Assembly: GCA_030704615.1 (NCBI GenBank)
Contig: CM060733.1
Span: 7,130,001-7,194,000 of the forward strand
DNA length: 64,000 bases
Reading direction: 5' to 3'
Origin: Takakia lepidozioides
Taxonomy: Eukaryota; Plantae; Bryophyta
Shown: positions 49,702 to 62,902 of the stretch, piece after piece
Layout: each line of letters begins with the position of its first letter
Numbering within the stretch: the first letter of the stretch is position 1
Notes under the pieces: model-generated
Database searches by the model: none
Told to the model about the DNA's origin: nothing
Seen by the model: the letters and a program-made list of their open reading frames with translations, nothing else
Position numbers and translations under genes: made by a program

Positions 49702-52474
49702 TGAGGTCTCTTGAAGGGAGCGTAACTTATGGTGTCTCTTTCACCACAAGGGCCATTGCGTTCCAGCTGAAAGGTGGACACCAGTGTTGGCCGGGTATCA
49801 CATTTTGGGCATATTGAAGGGTCCGGATAAGGCATATTGATTTAAAGTGGTATGGAGGCGGTTATATATAATATAGAGGTTCAAAAATTAAGTCGGTTAT
49901 AGGTTATCAATAGAAGGGTACCCAAAAAAAGTGTCTCGGTTATCAACATGTCGGTTATCCAAGTGGAAGACTACCGGGTCCTATATGTCATCAATAGTGG
50001 TTTTATTTTTTTATTTAAAAAACAAGGAAACACAAATTAGGACCTGTGAGAGGAAAAATTGATTTTCAGCTATGATATATTCAGAGGTTATTTTTTCCTC
50101 TTGTATCTCTTGGACGTTCATGTCCTTATTATAAAGCTTGAGGCCTCCGTCCCTCTTCTTTATATATATAGATTTCAAGAGGACCAGAAAAATAATAGTA
50201 ATAATAAAGAGACAAAACACAGATCAGAAACCTTAATGGAGGGATGAGAGAATTGATTGAAAAGATATCAATGGCGGCGTGACAGAGCAGATTGCATGGG
50301 GGCGAAATCAAATCAGTTGAAAGCATTTCTCTTGGACCCTACACCTCCATTATCTAGAACCGCCTCTACGCTATACACACTTGCTCCGGATCTCACTCCG
50401 GGTATAACACCCTTACAATCACAACGCCCGGTTCTCTAGTCGGTTAGCGACCTCGATGGCCTTTGCCGGTTCTCTTCCATAGCGGTCCCTGCGGGCTGCA
50501 CTTTCCGGTTGGGCATGTATGCATAACCGCCGGGTATGAATGTCTAAATGACATACCCGGTTTGAACCCACAACCACATCCAACGTGGTATGTGCCCAGT
50601 GGGCTACATGCTGATTGTCCAAGGCTACATGCTGGTTGTCCAAGGAAGTGTAAATTATTGTGTTTCCTCATCCTCGAGGACTGCCTTTGGTTGGAAGATG
50701 GACCCTCAATCAGCTAGGTTATGCACAAGCAAGGTACAAACACCCAACCCTTGGGGCTACTTACTTGCTCTAGTGCCGACCCACCTCTATATTATAGGCT
50801 ACATGGCGTCCATCCACCACGCAAGCGTGAGCTTACAAGGGCATATTCCCCGAATTCCTGTGAAATTTCCACATCGAAATGAAATTGGTGAAACTAACAA
50901 TTATGCGAAACTAACACCTAAAGAACAAGTAGCCCATATACATGATGAACATGTTAACCCTATAGGCGTGGCTTTTTCTCAATGCAAAACCCACTAGTGC
51001 TTAGGTTTCAAGTGCCCAAATCACATATCATTTCTCAATGCAAAATTCAGTTTGTGCCAATAGCACATATCATTTCTCAATGTGAAATTCACCTAAACTA
51101 TCATTTCTCACTGAGAAATGCAATTTGTGCCCATAGCACATTTAATTTCTCAATGCGAAATCCACCAGAACTATCATTTCTCAGTACGAAATTCAATTTG
51201 TGCCCATAGCACATATCATTTCTCAATGCGAAATTCACCGCCGCCGCTATAGGTTTAGGGTTTTTGGCTACACTATTGAAGGTTTTGCCTAGCTGAATTG
51301 GCTACGTACAGATGCACCAAAAACTATACCTTCTTATGGTTTTAGTCCGTTTTGAAAACATATAACTCCTATGATCGAGGTTAAAAAACATAAAACTCCG
51401 GACTGTGGGTTGTGCTCACATGAGCGTGAGCGTGCTCACATGATACCAACCCCCCATCCTCTGCAATAACCTCAAATTCAATAGTTCTATCCATATGTGT
51501 GTGTGCGGGTCTATATACATATAATTAATTATGGTCACTATCTATTCACCCCCCAAGGGCTACTGCCTTCCGGCAAGAAGCTGGACACCTTTGTGACATC
51601 GATCGGTGAATTGAACCGACAAGAGACCCACAACCACTTCCCAAGTGTTATGTACCAGTGTTGGTCGGTTATCATTTTTTTCAAAGCTCATGAGGTTCAG
51701 GTTATACAAGTTGACTCACGCAATAATAACCTCTCGTTCTAGATGAAATATGCAAATTGAATGAAGGTTATTTACAGGTTACGGTTTTGAAAATTTGAAC
51801 AATATGTGTGGTCAGGGTTATTTGCCTATTCATAAGCAAATCATAACCTGCGGTGATATTTCATGTCGGGTCTTTGTTATAACTGAAATATAACCTTCCT
51901 ACCATCGATATAATTGAAGTACTCTAGGTGGCTGCAGAACCTATCGCTCAGGTTCAATGTGCCGTATCAACTTCAATGTACATAGTGAAAATAGGACACC
52001 AAAATAAAAGTACTATTTGCAGCGAAACCATAGCTACTGTAACTGCTTCCATCCACTTAAAAGATATCCGGGTCTGTTCTATGTCTTTAGATGCTATTCA
52101 CTCACAGGTGTTTCAGGGTGTTTCACGGAGTATTTGAGTTGTGTGGTACCGGCGGTGTTCAGTGTCCACTGTTATCTTTTATGCTCATAACCTCCGGCTA
52201 TAGTTACCCTTACCCGGCAAATAACCTGTAATTAACTGGGTGGTCCCTGATAACCGACCCACATTGGTATGTACCTGGTTGTCCCGTATAGTTCTCTCTT
52301 TATTTATACGGAACAAATATCATATCAAGATAGAACTCCAAACCAGTGACATAGGCTCAATGCGTGCTTACTACCTTGTATATTTACTTCAAAGGTGTCC
52401 ACCTTCCTAGCGGAAGGGAGTAACCCTTCGGAGTGAAGAGACACCAGAATTTACGCTTCCTTCGGGAAGCGTCA
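49702..52474. mobile_element. Non-autonomous foldback/TIR-type element, ~2.8 kb, with ~80-bp imperfect inverted ends
   Basis: 49702-49782 matches the reverse complement of 52394-52474 (GAAGG(G/A)AGCGTAA...GGTGTCTCTT...AAGGTGGACACC). GGTTAT repeats inside the left end, ATAACC repeats inside the right end; AT-rich flanks. Confidence 0.6.
50975..51240. repeat. Minisatellite with CATTTCTCAATGCGAAATTC core
   Basis: About 7 copies of the core at ~30-45-bp spacing. Confidence 0.75.
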
Positions 52475-54030
52475 AATATAATATATGTATATTACATTTT
52501 TATTCTCTATTGGGTAGTGACTACTAGTAACAAGCAGCTAGTTGTGTATGGCTCTTTTTTATTCCACAGTGGAATATACTCTGAATTTGCTCAGGGGTTC
52601 TGGGTTTGTGGTCCACTTGTAGCTCTTTAATTTTTGATAACAAGCCCAATTGCAATAAGGCCTCTCTTTAGTTTGATTTACTGGTAGAAGGTGGTAAAAT
52701 GTGGGGTGTTGCTGGATACAGTAGGCATGATTGATTTTTGGGATGAAGACCAGGTTCTTAGTTCTTACTAAGCTGTCTTATACCAAAACCTGTTGTCTGT
52801 CTTTGTGAAGATTTGAATCAACTTGATGTAAATGGCCTTGTGGTCCTCGGTCTCGGTTCAAAAAAATTCCATGACCACTATCAATATGATTTACAATTAT
52901 GAAAGATAATTAAAAAATTATATATAAAAATAAAAAAATATAAAAAAATTGGCAAACAAAAGGTAATTTAGGTTAAATAGGATCAACTGTGCAGTTTTAA
53001 CTATTAGTAACTTTTAGGGCCTCAGTTGGCACATAATTATAACTACATGTGCAAAATCTGCAGCTTTACAGTAGAAATAATTTTGAAAGATTATTTGAAT
53101 CTATTTGCTGGCTCTCTTTCACACTGCAGACAAGGTCGGATCTAGTTCCATGGGGAGTGGCTGTGGAGAAAGGAGCAGAATGGAGAGAGAAAGAGCGAGG
53201 GGGAGGATGACGAGTCGAGGCACACAGATCTATGGCGCACACTGCGTGTATGACACTGCCTTCTGACAGAAACCGCCGCATACCACCTTTTTGGATTCTA
53301 GTGCGTGATAGGGTAGCTGCGCGGAATATGACTGGGTCCTTACCAATTTGGGCGTGCTGCCACATGAAAGCTTTTAACAAGTCTACCAGAGAATCATGGA
53401 GGAGAAAAGTGCTGAAACCGACCTGGTGCCCTTCACTCTGATATTAAAAGTTCTCTTTCTCTCTTTCTCACCCTCTGTCTCTCTTGGATACTGTTGGGTT
53501 CTGCTGGAATGGAGTCAGAGCCCTCACGCTTGCAGATTTGTTTCCCTTTCTGTCGAGATAGTGCACTTTTTCAGGGATCAGTTGCGTCCACCGTGTGTCG
53601 CATGCAGGCCTGTAGGTTGGCTTACTCTCCAGGGGTCCTGGGTTCTACCTTCAATGAAAGCTACATTGGCCCATGGGTAGAGCTGTGTGATTTGTGGATC
53701 TTTATCATAAATCTTACTAGTGCTAACTTAGTCCTCAGTCCTGACCATTGCTTTGCCGTATGTACTTGACTGTCGCTGCTTAGGTTACACGCTCGAGCAC
53801 GTCCTTTCTGTAAATTGGAAGAATTCATACAATCCCAAGATTAGCTAGCTAGCTGAATTTCGATGCATTCCATATGCATGCATCTGCGTCAATCACACTC
53901 CGCCTGGGATCTTCTATTATCTGGCGCATTCCGAAGTTTGCTCATTTCTCGAGCTCTTTGGTGCATTTGTCTGCTGAGCAAGGATCCACGCATATTTTCG
54001 TTGTAGATACGTACTCCGGTCCGACTGTTA

Positions 54031-54210
54031 GTTACATCTACAGGTCCAGTCTTCGATTGTTCTGCCAAGCTATGTTCTCGTCCCAGGTCGGCTCTTCCTC
54101 TGACTCTCCGTGCCGCTTGAGTTACATCTACAGGTCCAGTCTTCGATTGTTCTGCCAAGCTATGTTCTCGTCCCAGGTCGGCTCTTCCTCTGAGTCTCCT
54201 TACCGCTTGA
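54031..54210. repeat. 90-bp tandem duplication
   Basis: GTTACATCTACAGGTCC...CCGCTTGA at 54031 and 54121, near-identical. Confidence 0.95.
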
Positions 54211-55704
54211 GGTAGTTCCAGAGGCAGATTCTCCTCGGGACACCAGCATTTCAGAATCTAACAGATCCACACATTACACTCTTATTTAGTGCAATTGCGC
54301 GTGCACGGCTTACGAGTAGATCGCATTGGTAAGCAGGTCGAGGAGCTGTGGACTGTTCACAGGCCAGGTGAGAAGCCTGACCTCCACATAGAGAGTAGCT
54401 CCAGGTTGAGTGACTGATATATCTCGAGAAGGATCCTTATGTACGTGTATACATGTATATCGACCATGAGAGAGTTGACATTCTTTCCAATGGGACGCAC
54501 TAGACTCTCTTTTCGTCCGGGGCCAATCTTTTTTACACAAAAAAAAAGTGCTGTGCATCATTCCTCGAAGCGTTCTTATATGCTGCTCCGTGTTGTGAAA
54601 GGGCAACTTCGGTCATCTAGCGCTCAAGATTTACTTCAAGAACAGGCACCTGGGCCTTTAGTTCACAACGGCCTAACTAGTTCGGGGATGCAGCTATTTA
54701 GAGCCTCGCCTGCAAGCAAAGGCTGGCCGTCCAAGCCCCTCCGCGCTCTGTTGGATACATTGTGACGGGCACTAATTAGGACCCGAGCAGTTTGCCCTTT
54801 CATCCATGGTGCGCATGATCCAGGGATTCTTCCAGGGTCCAGCAACGTAAAGACTGGTCTTGGTTTTATTTGCACTCAACTTCCTAGCTGTGGATGTCAG
54901 CGTGCAAACTTGTTGTTTGAACCGTTAGCACTGAGCATTCAAGTGGTCTCTAGCTCGATATGTGTTTGGAACACATCTTGATGCTTAAGTCATAGACGGA
55001 CAGGAGGTCGTTAACCTGCCTGTGTTGAAAGTTTTCAGACAATTCTTTGCACTAAATATGCTTCTGCTTGTACATGTACATATTTGATTCTCTAGTTCTG
55101 TCGCCCAGGGGTAATTTAATCAGGAGTCGATCTTTATTCCTCCAGAAACTGTCTCTGATCAATATATTTCTGGTGCCGACGCTTACATGCTTTTTAGACC
55201 AGTTGCATACCCATTATGCCATGGGTAGATATCTGCCTGGATGAATAGCCTCCTGGGCTCCTCGCCCGCAGTGACCAAAGCGAGCTCTAGCCTCCATGCT
55301 CTCAACCACTTGAAACGTTCTTGAGTGTCCAATCAGTTGCCTGGCCCCGGATGATTTTCAAATATGGAATTCTGAGACCGTTGTAATATAGAAAACGTAT
55401 CTGCAGGTGCAGTTTCACTCATGACCGCCCGAGCTGAAACAATCTTCGTGCAGACTTGTGGAATGAATACAGCTCTCTTCCAGAAGCAAAAATCTGATCA
55501 ATTTCAGTACTCTGATTAATTACTGTGTACAGGTTGGTCTAGTTTCTTTGGGATTCTCATTTTGTGATTTATTTAACAAAGTATTCTTCGAAGGACAGTG
55601 ATGTTGGACTTACTGGCAGAATAGTGCATGTGTCACAGTTCTGAATACTGATTACTTAACAGGTTTCTCTAAACCCCAGGTTTCGACTCTAAGACCTTGT
55701 CAAC

Positions 55705-57428
55705 ATGGTGATGCATAATGCTTTGCTCGATGCCCACAACGTAAGGGTGGTGGGCCTGGGCGATCGAGTGGTGGTGCTGGGGCACGGCTTTGGAACTGAC
55801 CAATCCGTCTGGGAACAGGTTTTGCCCAGTCTTTCCCAAGACTACAAAGTTGTGCTGTTTGATCTGATGGGTGCGGGGAGCACCAACCCTGAAAACTTCA
55901 GCTTTCCGCGCTACGCAACCGGCCTCCATGCTTATGCAGATGACTTGCTCAGCATTCTGGACGAATTGGAGATCGACAGCTGCGTATATGTGGGCCACTC
56001 TGTCTCCGGCATGATTGGGTGCATTGCAGCAATTGAGCGACCACAAGTTTTCCAGAAACTTGTGTTGCTGTCTGCATCCCCGAGGTAACTTTGCCGAATT
56101 GAACACGTCCTGAAGCAAATGTTCTCATCTTCTGTTTGGTGTACAGTATTGAGGCACCGTATCTAAGTCATTACAGCCTACTCACTTGGAGGCATTGCTG
56201 TGTACATGTCTAGTAAAGTGGACCTTCTAATCTTGCAACGCAGATCTGTAAGAGTTGTACAACTACTTTAGATGTCAAGTCAGTTGAGACTTGAGACCTG
56301 TCTCGAGTTTTTGTTTGCACAAAGGTCTACGATTCCCGACTCACAGAATCGTTGCCACGTTTCCCGTTCGACAATGATACCACAAGTTACCCAAATCCAC
56401 TGTTGAGTCCCTTGTGTTCGAATGGGATGTATGCCATCGATCTCCTTGGAATGGGAGCTGCCCAGGCGAATCAATTCTTGTAATTCCAAGACCGGGATGA
56501 TCGGGAGTACTCGGGGCAAGTAGTAATCCAAAGCCCTCAAGCGCAGATGATGCACTAATTTGGCGGGCCGGAACCGTCAATTTATGTTTGAGTGGAGGAA
56601 TCGATCTTGCCTGCCGCTTGAGTTTCATATTGGAAGGTTCCCAGTACACGGCAGGACTAGTTAGTAGCATAATGGGTGGTACATATAAGAATTATCGTAT
56701 GATCCGTGCATTGTCACTCCTATTCATGAATCTCTTCTTTTACTTGTAAGTTGTCTTGGTACGTACGCAGGTATATCAATGATGACCACTACTTTGGAGG
56801 GTTTGAGCTGAGCAACTTGGACCAGCTATTTGCGGCCATGCAATCCAACTTCAGAGCGTGGGCGGCAGGATTTGCTCCACTGGCTGTAGGGGCAGATATA
56901 AAGAGCTACGCGGTGCAAGAGTTCTCTCGCACCTTATACAGCATGAGGCCTGACATTGCGCTGAGCATTTCCAAGACAATTTGGCATAGCGATCTTCGAA
57001 GCATTCTCCCGCAGGTTAGCAGATCCAGATGATCACTTCACACAGTCTGATCTTGCAATGATAACCAACCAGTACACGGATTCCCTTTGGCTACGGAATA
57101 TTCATGATCTTCGGTTAGATTTTGGGGCTAACGTGGAACAAGTTTAACTTGCACGATGATCAGTGTTCGCTTAGTGGACGTGTACATAGCATCCTGTGTA
57201 TACGAGTGCACTGATTTCATTTCAGATTTGCATATGCAGGTGAACGTACCATGCTATGTATTGCAAAGCAGCAAAGATCTGGCGGTCCCGCTCGCGGTGT
57301 CCGAGTATCTGCGTCGCACACTGGGAGGGAGGACTACAGTTGAGATTCTGCAAATAGAGGGTCACCTACCGCAGCTCAGCTCTCCTGAAGTGCTTATACC
57401 AGTTCTTACTCGTGTCATACGTGACTGA
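55705..57428 (+). CDS. KAI2: KAI2-family alpha/beta-hydrolase receptor (270 aa, 3 exons)
   Basis: Exons 55705-56084, 56771-57014 and 57240-57428 with GT-AG introns, 813 nt. [19 protein letters not shown], catalytic Ser (GHSVS), Asp (SKDLAVP) and His (EGHLPQLS); intron in the SPR|Y position typical of KAI2. Confidence 0.92.
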
Positions 57429-59939
57429 GCTACCTCTTCGCAGATAACGGTCCCACATATGTAGCCCAACAATCCTGCACTCACAATTCCTGCTTGATCC
57501 AAGCTCTTCAACATGGATTCCTGGTCACACCATTTTGGTGTTTGTGTGTCCAATTACGTATTCAAACTTGCCCCAAAAAATTTATATATGCCTGCAGTTG
57601 TTCGATGTAGCACGTGAACAGATTTTTCTCTAGCACCCCCACCTCGGTTCTGATGACGATGATTGAGGATTCAGAGATCATTCCCGTTAAATTTCTTGAA
57701 ATTATGAATCTGCAGATGATTGCAGCTTGGGTACTGCACTTCAGCTGCTAAGTAGTACAATCCGATCTACTTGTTGCCAATGTTTGTTATTGCGTTATAA
57801 TTCTGGAGATAGCAGTGCTACAACGCAAATGTAGAGAGATGTATGGAGGTCTCATGGAGGTACATATACAACTTGGAAATGGCTCCAAGTACAAGTGATC
57901 CAGCTTATTAGTTCTCCTGAAGGACTTGAGCAGTAAGTCTCCGAGGGGACGAAACTTGTGATCAACTCGATTCTGGCTCTACTGAAAGATGCCAGAAAGA
58001 AATCTAGAGAAACCCGAAAAATGACATCGTGGTCTTAACTTTGAACTAGCCACCCTCGTACGTAAACACAAAGAGCCGGATCCAAGCTGGCTGCCAAGCA
58101 GGAGCTAGCCAAAGGCAGCAGCAGCCGAGTTCTATATTGTATGTAGTGCCAAGATGCCAAAAAGCGCAATGACAACGGTCCCAAGCCGCCAAGGCCACGT
58201 GAAAAAAGAATGTACTTAAAGCACAAACTGACAAACGTAGTCAAGAGTACCGTACTCCTGGCCCCTCGCCCAATACATTGGTTGCGCAATCACCATAGAT
58301 CTTTCCGACTCTCTTGGCAGCAGTCAATCCGTGTACCTAATCTCCAACTTCACAGTTCACATGGCCTTCATTTTATGTGCAGCCAGGAGGCAGTTCTGAA
58401 CCATGTAGTCCACTCGACGTCTATCCGGTCGCCTGATGGAAATATTATATGTTGTTTGTCCCTTCCAGTCACCTACTTCCGAATGCAGACAGCTTCCAGC
58501 TTTTGAAAGCAAAAAATCCGCACTACAGTTCCGGGATCTCAGTGACAAGTCATCACTGAAAAAGATAGGGACACGTCTTATCTACCGAGCTTGACTCTCT
58601 CACATTTATTCCTTTGACCGGACACTAATGGGGTGTTAAATGCAGGTTGGTAGAAGCTGGTCGTTGAAGGAAACCTTTCTGCTATTCTACTCATACCGAC
58701 AATTCAGTCAGACCATCGTGTCACTTCCACATGGGTTAGCTGCTCACCCAATCACTCAGGCATAGTACCATGGCTTCCAACCTCTCTCCAGTGCCAAGTA
58801 TCCATGTGGGGCCTCTAGCTCTGGACTCCTTACTGCAACTTGTCCTGACATAACAGCGCCCGCCTTATCTTGCAAACCATGAGAAAGTGATTCTATCTGA
58901 ACCCAGATACTCTTTCTACCAAAGATGGAAAGGATCTACACCAAGCTACAAATCCTTTCCTTTGTTGTTGATGCCGAGCTCCGTTTCGGTATATCATAAT
59001 GCTAAACTGAGACCCACCATGGTCAATGTGAAATAAATGTGAATCCTACCATCTTCTCATTCACGTTGTGTACTCCTGGATATGATTTTGTAAACATGGT
59101 AGCCCACTCGCATCAGCTTGTACCTTGTAACTGTTGCTGCTTGCTTTGAGTGCCGGGAGTGCTGTATGTACAACAGGCACCCATAATTTCCTTTGGACAG
59201 AGACACACTTTTTGTGATGTGAACAGAGATGGGACTCGGGAGAGTGTAAAGCACCGGAATAGGCACAAGAAAGTACCCACACTTTTGTACACTTCAGTAC
59301 ACATGTGACACAAGCAAGTTGCCACAACCGACACTCATGGACTAGTCATCACTTTTCGCCAAAAGCTGATTTGGTGGGCCCACCATTCGCTAGCATATTG
59401 AGTGAAGACAGTTTACGGCAGAGGAGCCAGATCCCACCGACCACGTGCAGGACATCGCCGCATTTCGAGTGCGCAGGATGACGTGGTTGCCCATTTTTGT
59501 ATATATATATATGGGTAAGTATAGTATAATTCTAGCGACAACAGAAGGTCTGAAGCTAGTTGAGCGTAGAGCAGGAATAGGGTGCCAAAGTGCCACGTTT
59601 CCGTTGCCACGTTTCGTCGTCAAATTCTATCGAGTCTGCCCAAACTGCCCGAACTTGTCACTCACGCGCGCGTTGCTGCTTCTTTCTCGCTCGCTGTCTT
59701 CGTTTGTGTTTGCATGTCTCTGGGTACCCATGCTGCAGACTGAGGAGTAGAGGGTAGCGATGTCAAGTCTCCGATAGAACATGAATCCTCCAAAGAGGCA
59801 GTAGTCGGAGCCATAGTTGCCCATGCAGTTGCAAATATAAGAGAGAGAGAGAGATGAAGTCGATGCTAAAAGAAAGAAAGAGGAGAGGGGCTCAACTCGG
59901 CAAGCACAATCTCGGAGAGACAGAGAGCACAATGAAGTT

Positions 59940-60206
59940 GTGCTGAAGTCAGCTGCAATAGCCCGCACTGCTCAAGGACTGGAGGAGGCCCTAAATGATC
60001 AGTTAGAAGATCCCTTTAGTGGGAGTGGGCAGGGGGGAAAGAAGAAGACTAGGGGGGGCTTGACAGCCTTGTTGCGGAGAAAACCCACTGCTAAATATAG
60101 ACTTGCTCGAAAACTATTGAATGCTCGTGTTAGAGACGCCACTGTATGTCATCTAACAAGGGAGGAGGATGCTAGATATAGGGATGCCTATCCCAACCAG
60201 TGGTAG
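59940..60206 (+). other. Unidentified protein-like C-terminal fragment
   Basis: Open frame with natural-looking composition ending ..EEDARYRDAYPNQW*; no ATG start and no family recognised. Confidence 0.25.
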
Positions 60207-60279
60207 AGCAGTTGGGGTGTAGAAAGGGTTTTAACTGAGAGTGTAGAAAGGGTCTTGTGAAGAAAGGGTTTTAACTGAG

Positions 60280-62902
60280 GATGCGGAGGGAGTGTTCAAC
60301 AATATGGCTGAACGAATTTTGGTGTCATGGAACGCCGTGCTTGTAGGATTTGCACAGCAGGGGTGCGAGATGGGGGCCTAGGGGAAGGGGTGAAGCGCAA
60401 CCACATCACGTTTGTGCGAAGGGTGCGGGATGGAGGCTTTGGAGACCTATGAGCAAATGATGTCACTTCTGGGCATGTTTGTGCGGAAGTCAGACTGATA
60501 GATCAGACACTGCTAGTCTAGGCATTCTTCAACACATTTCAACTTGTTTTTCCCTCTTATCAGAGTAGCAGATGCAATTGAGCATAAAAACTAGTGTGAT
60601 AAGTTGAGTTTGGTGTTTCATGGTCAGTCAAATCCTCCATGGGTCATGACACAAGGTCAAGGACAATGTGGTGAGGGCACCTTCTTCTTCGACCTATTTC
60701 ACCCTGTTTTTCCATCTCATCAAGCACCTCAACCATGACCACAGCTTCTAGAAAGGATCAAGAGAAGAAGTCCACAATGCCTGGCACTTCTGGGCATGTG
60801 AAGATGCTTTGTGAGGCAGGCAGACTGAAAGATGAGATTTTTTGTGCGTTTGCAGTGCGTGTGCAAGCCTGGCAGCCTGGAAAAGTGCAAAGAGGTCCAT
60901 GGGTGCATCGTCAAATCTGGAATTGTACCCGGTGTCATGCTCAACACTGCCCTGGTGGACATGTATGTCAAATGTGGGTGCATTAAAGATGCCAAATGAG
61001 TGTTTGACAGTATGGCTGAATGAGATGTGGTGTTGTGGAGTGCAATGATTGCATGATATGGACAACAAGGGTGCGGGATAGAGGCTTTGTAGACCTATAA
61101 GCAAATGTTGTGTGAATGGGTGAAGCCCAACCACATCACATTTGTTTGTGTTTGCAGTGTGTGTGCAAGCTTGGCAGCTCTGGAAAAGGGGAAAGAGGTC
61201 TATGGTGACATCTTCAAAGTTGGAATTGTACTAGAATGTCATCCTGAAGATTGTCCTGCCAAATGTGGGTGCATTAAGGATGCCAAGGGAGTTTTCAAGA
61301 CTATTGCTGAACGAGATGTGGTGTCATGGAACTCAATGCTTGCAGGGTATGCACAGCAGGGGCGTGGGATGGAGGCCTTGGAATGATGTGTGAAGGGGTG
61401 AAGCCCGACCACATCACGTCTGTGTGCGTTTGCACTGCGTGTGCAAGCCTGGCTGCCTTGGAAAAGGGCAAAGAGGTGCATGATTGCATTGCCAAAGCTA
61501 GAATTGGGACAACCAAGACAAAAAGGTGAATGCCTGTCAGATTAACTGTCATTCTGAACACTATGGCTGAACGAGATGTGGTGTCGTGGATTGTGATGTT
61601 TGCAGGGTATGCACAGCAGGGGTTCGGGATGGAGGCTTGGGAGACCTATGAGCAAATGATGGGGGAAGGGGTGAAACCGCCCGCATAACGTTTTTGTGCG
61701 TTTGCAGTGCTTGTGCAAGCCTGGCAGCCTTGGAAGTGCAAAGAGGTCCATGGTTGCATCGTCAAATCTGGAATTGTACCCGGTGTCATGCTCAACACTG
61801 CCCTGGTGGACTTGTATGTCAAATGTGGGTGCATTAAAGATGCCAAGGGAGTGTCTGACAGTATGGCTGAATGAGATGTGGTGTTGTGGAGTGCCATGAT
61901 TGCATGATATGCACAGCAAGGGTGCGGGAGGCTTTGTAGACCTATAAGCAAATGATGTGCGAAGGGATGAAGCCCAACCACATCACATTTGTTTGTGTTT
62001 GCAGTGTGTGTGCAAGCCTAGCAGCTCTGGAAAAGGGGAAAGAGGTCCATGGCGACATCTTCAAAGTTGGAATTGTACTAGATGTCATCATGAAGACTGC
62101 CCTACCAAATGTGGGTGCATTAAGGATGCCAAGGGAGTTTTCAAGACTATGGCTAAACGAGATGTGGTGTCATGGAACTCAATGCTTGCAGGGTATGCAC
62201 AGTAGGGGCGCGGGATGGAGGCCTTGGAATGATGTGTGAAGGGGTGAAGCCCGACCACATCACATCTGTGTGCGTTTGCACTGCGTGTGCAAGCCTGGCT
62301 ACCTTGGAAAAGGGCAAAGAGGTGCATGATTGCATTGTCAAAGCTGGAATTGAGACAACCAAGGCAAAAAGATGAATGCCTGTCAGATTACCTGTCATTC
62401 TGAACACTATGGCTGAACGAGATGTGGTGTCGTGGATTGTGATGTTTGCAGCGTATGCACAGCAGGGGTTCGGGATGGAGGCTTGGGAGACCTATGAGCA
62501 AATGATGGGGGAAGGGGTGAAACCGCCCGCATAACGTTTTTGTGCGTTTGCAGTGCTTGTGCAAGCCTGGCAGCCTTGGAAGTGCAAAGAGGTCCATGGT
62601 TGCATCGTCAAATCTGGAATTGTACCCGGTGTCATGCTCAACACTGCCCTGGTGGACATGTATGTCAAATGTGGGTGCATTAAAGATGCCAAAGGAGTGT
62701 CTGACAGTATGGCTGAACGAGATGTGGTGTTGTGGAGTGCGATGATTGCATGATATGGACAGCAAGGGTGCGGGATGGAGGCTTTGTAGACCTATAAGCA
62801 AATGATGTGCGAAGGGGTGAAGCCCAACCACATCACATTTGTTTGTGTTTGCAGTGTGTGTGCAAGCCTGGCAGTTCTGGAAAAGGGGAAAGAGGTCCAT
62901 GG
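60280..62902 (+). pseudogene. Degraded PLS-PPR pseudogene containing a ~850-bp block repeated about 2.4 times
   Basis: PPR remnants ([44 protein letters not shown]). The anchor TTTTTGTGCGTTTGCAGTGC occurs at ~60838, ~61690 and ~62537. Confidence 0.88.
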
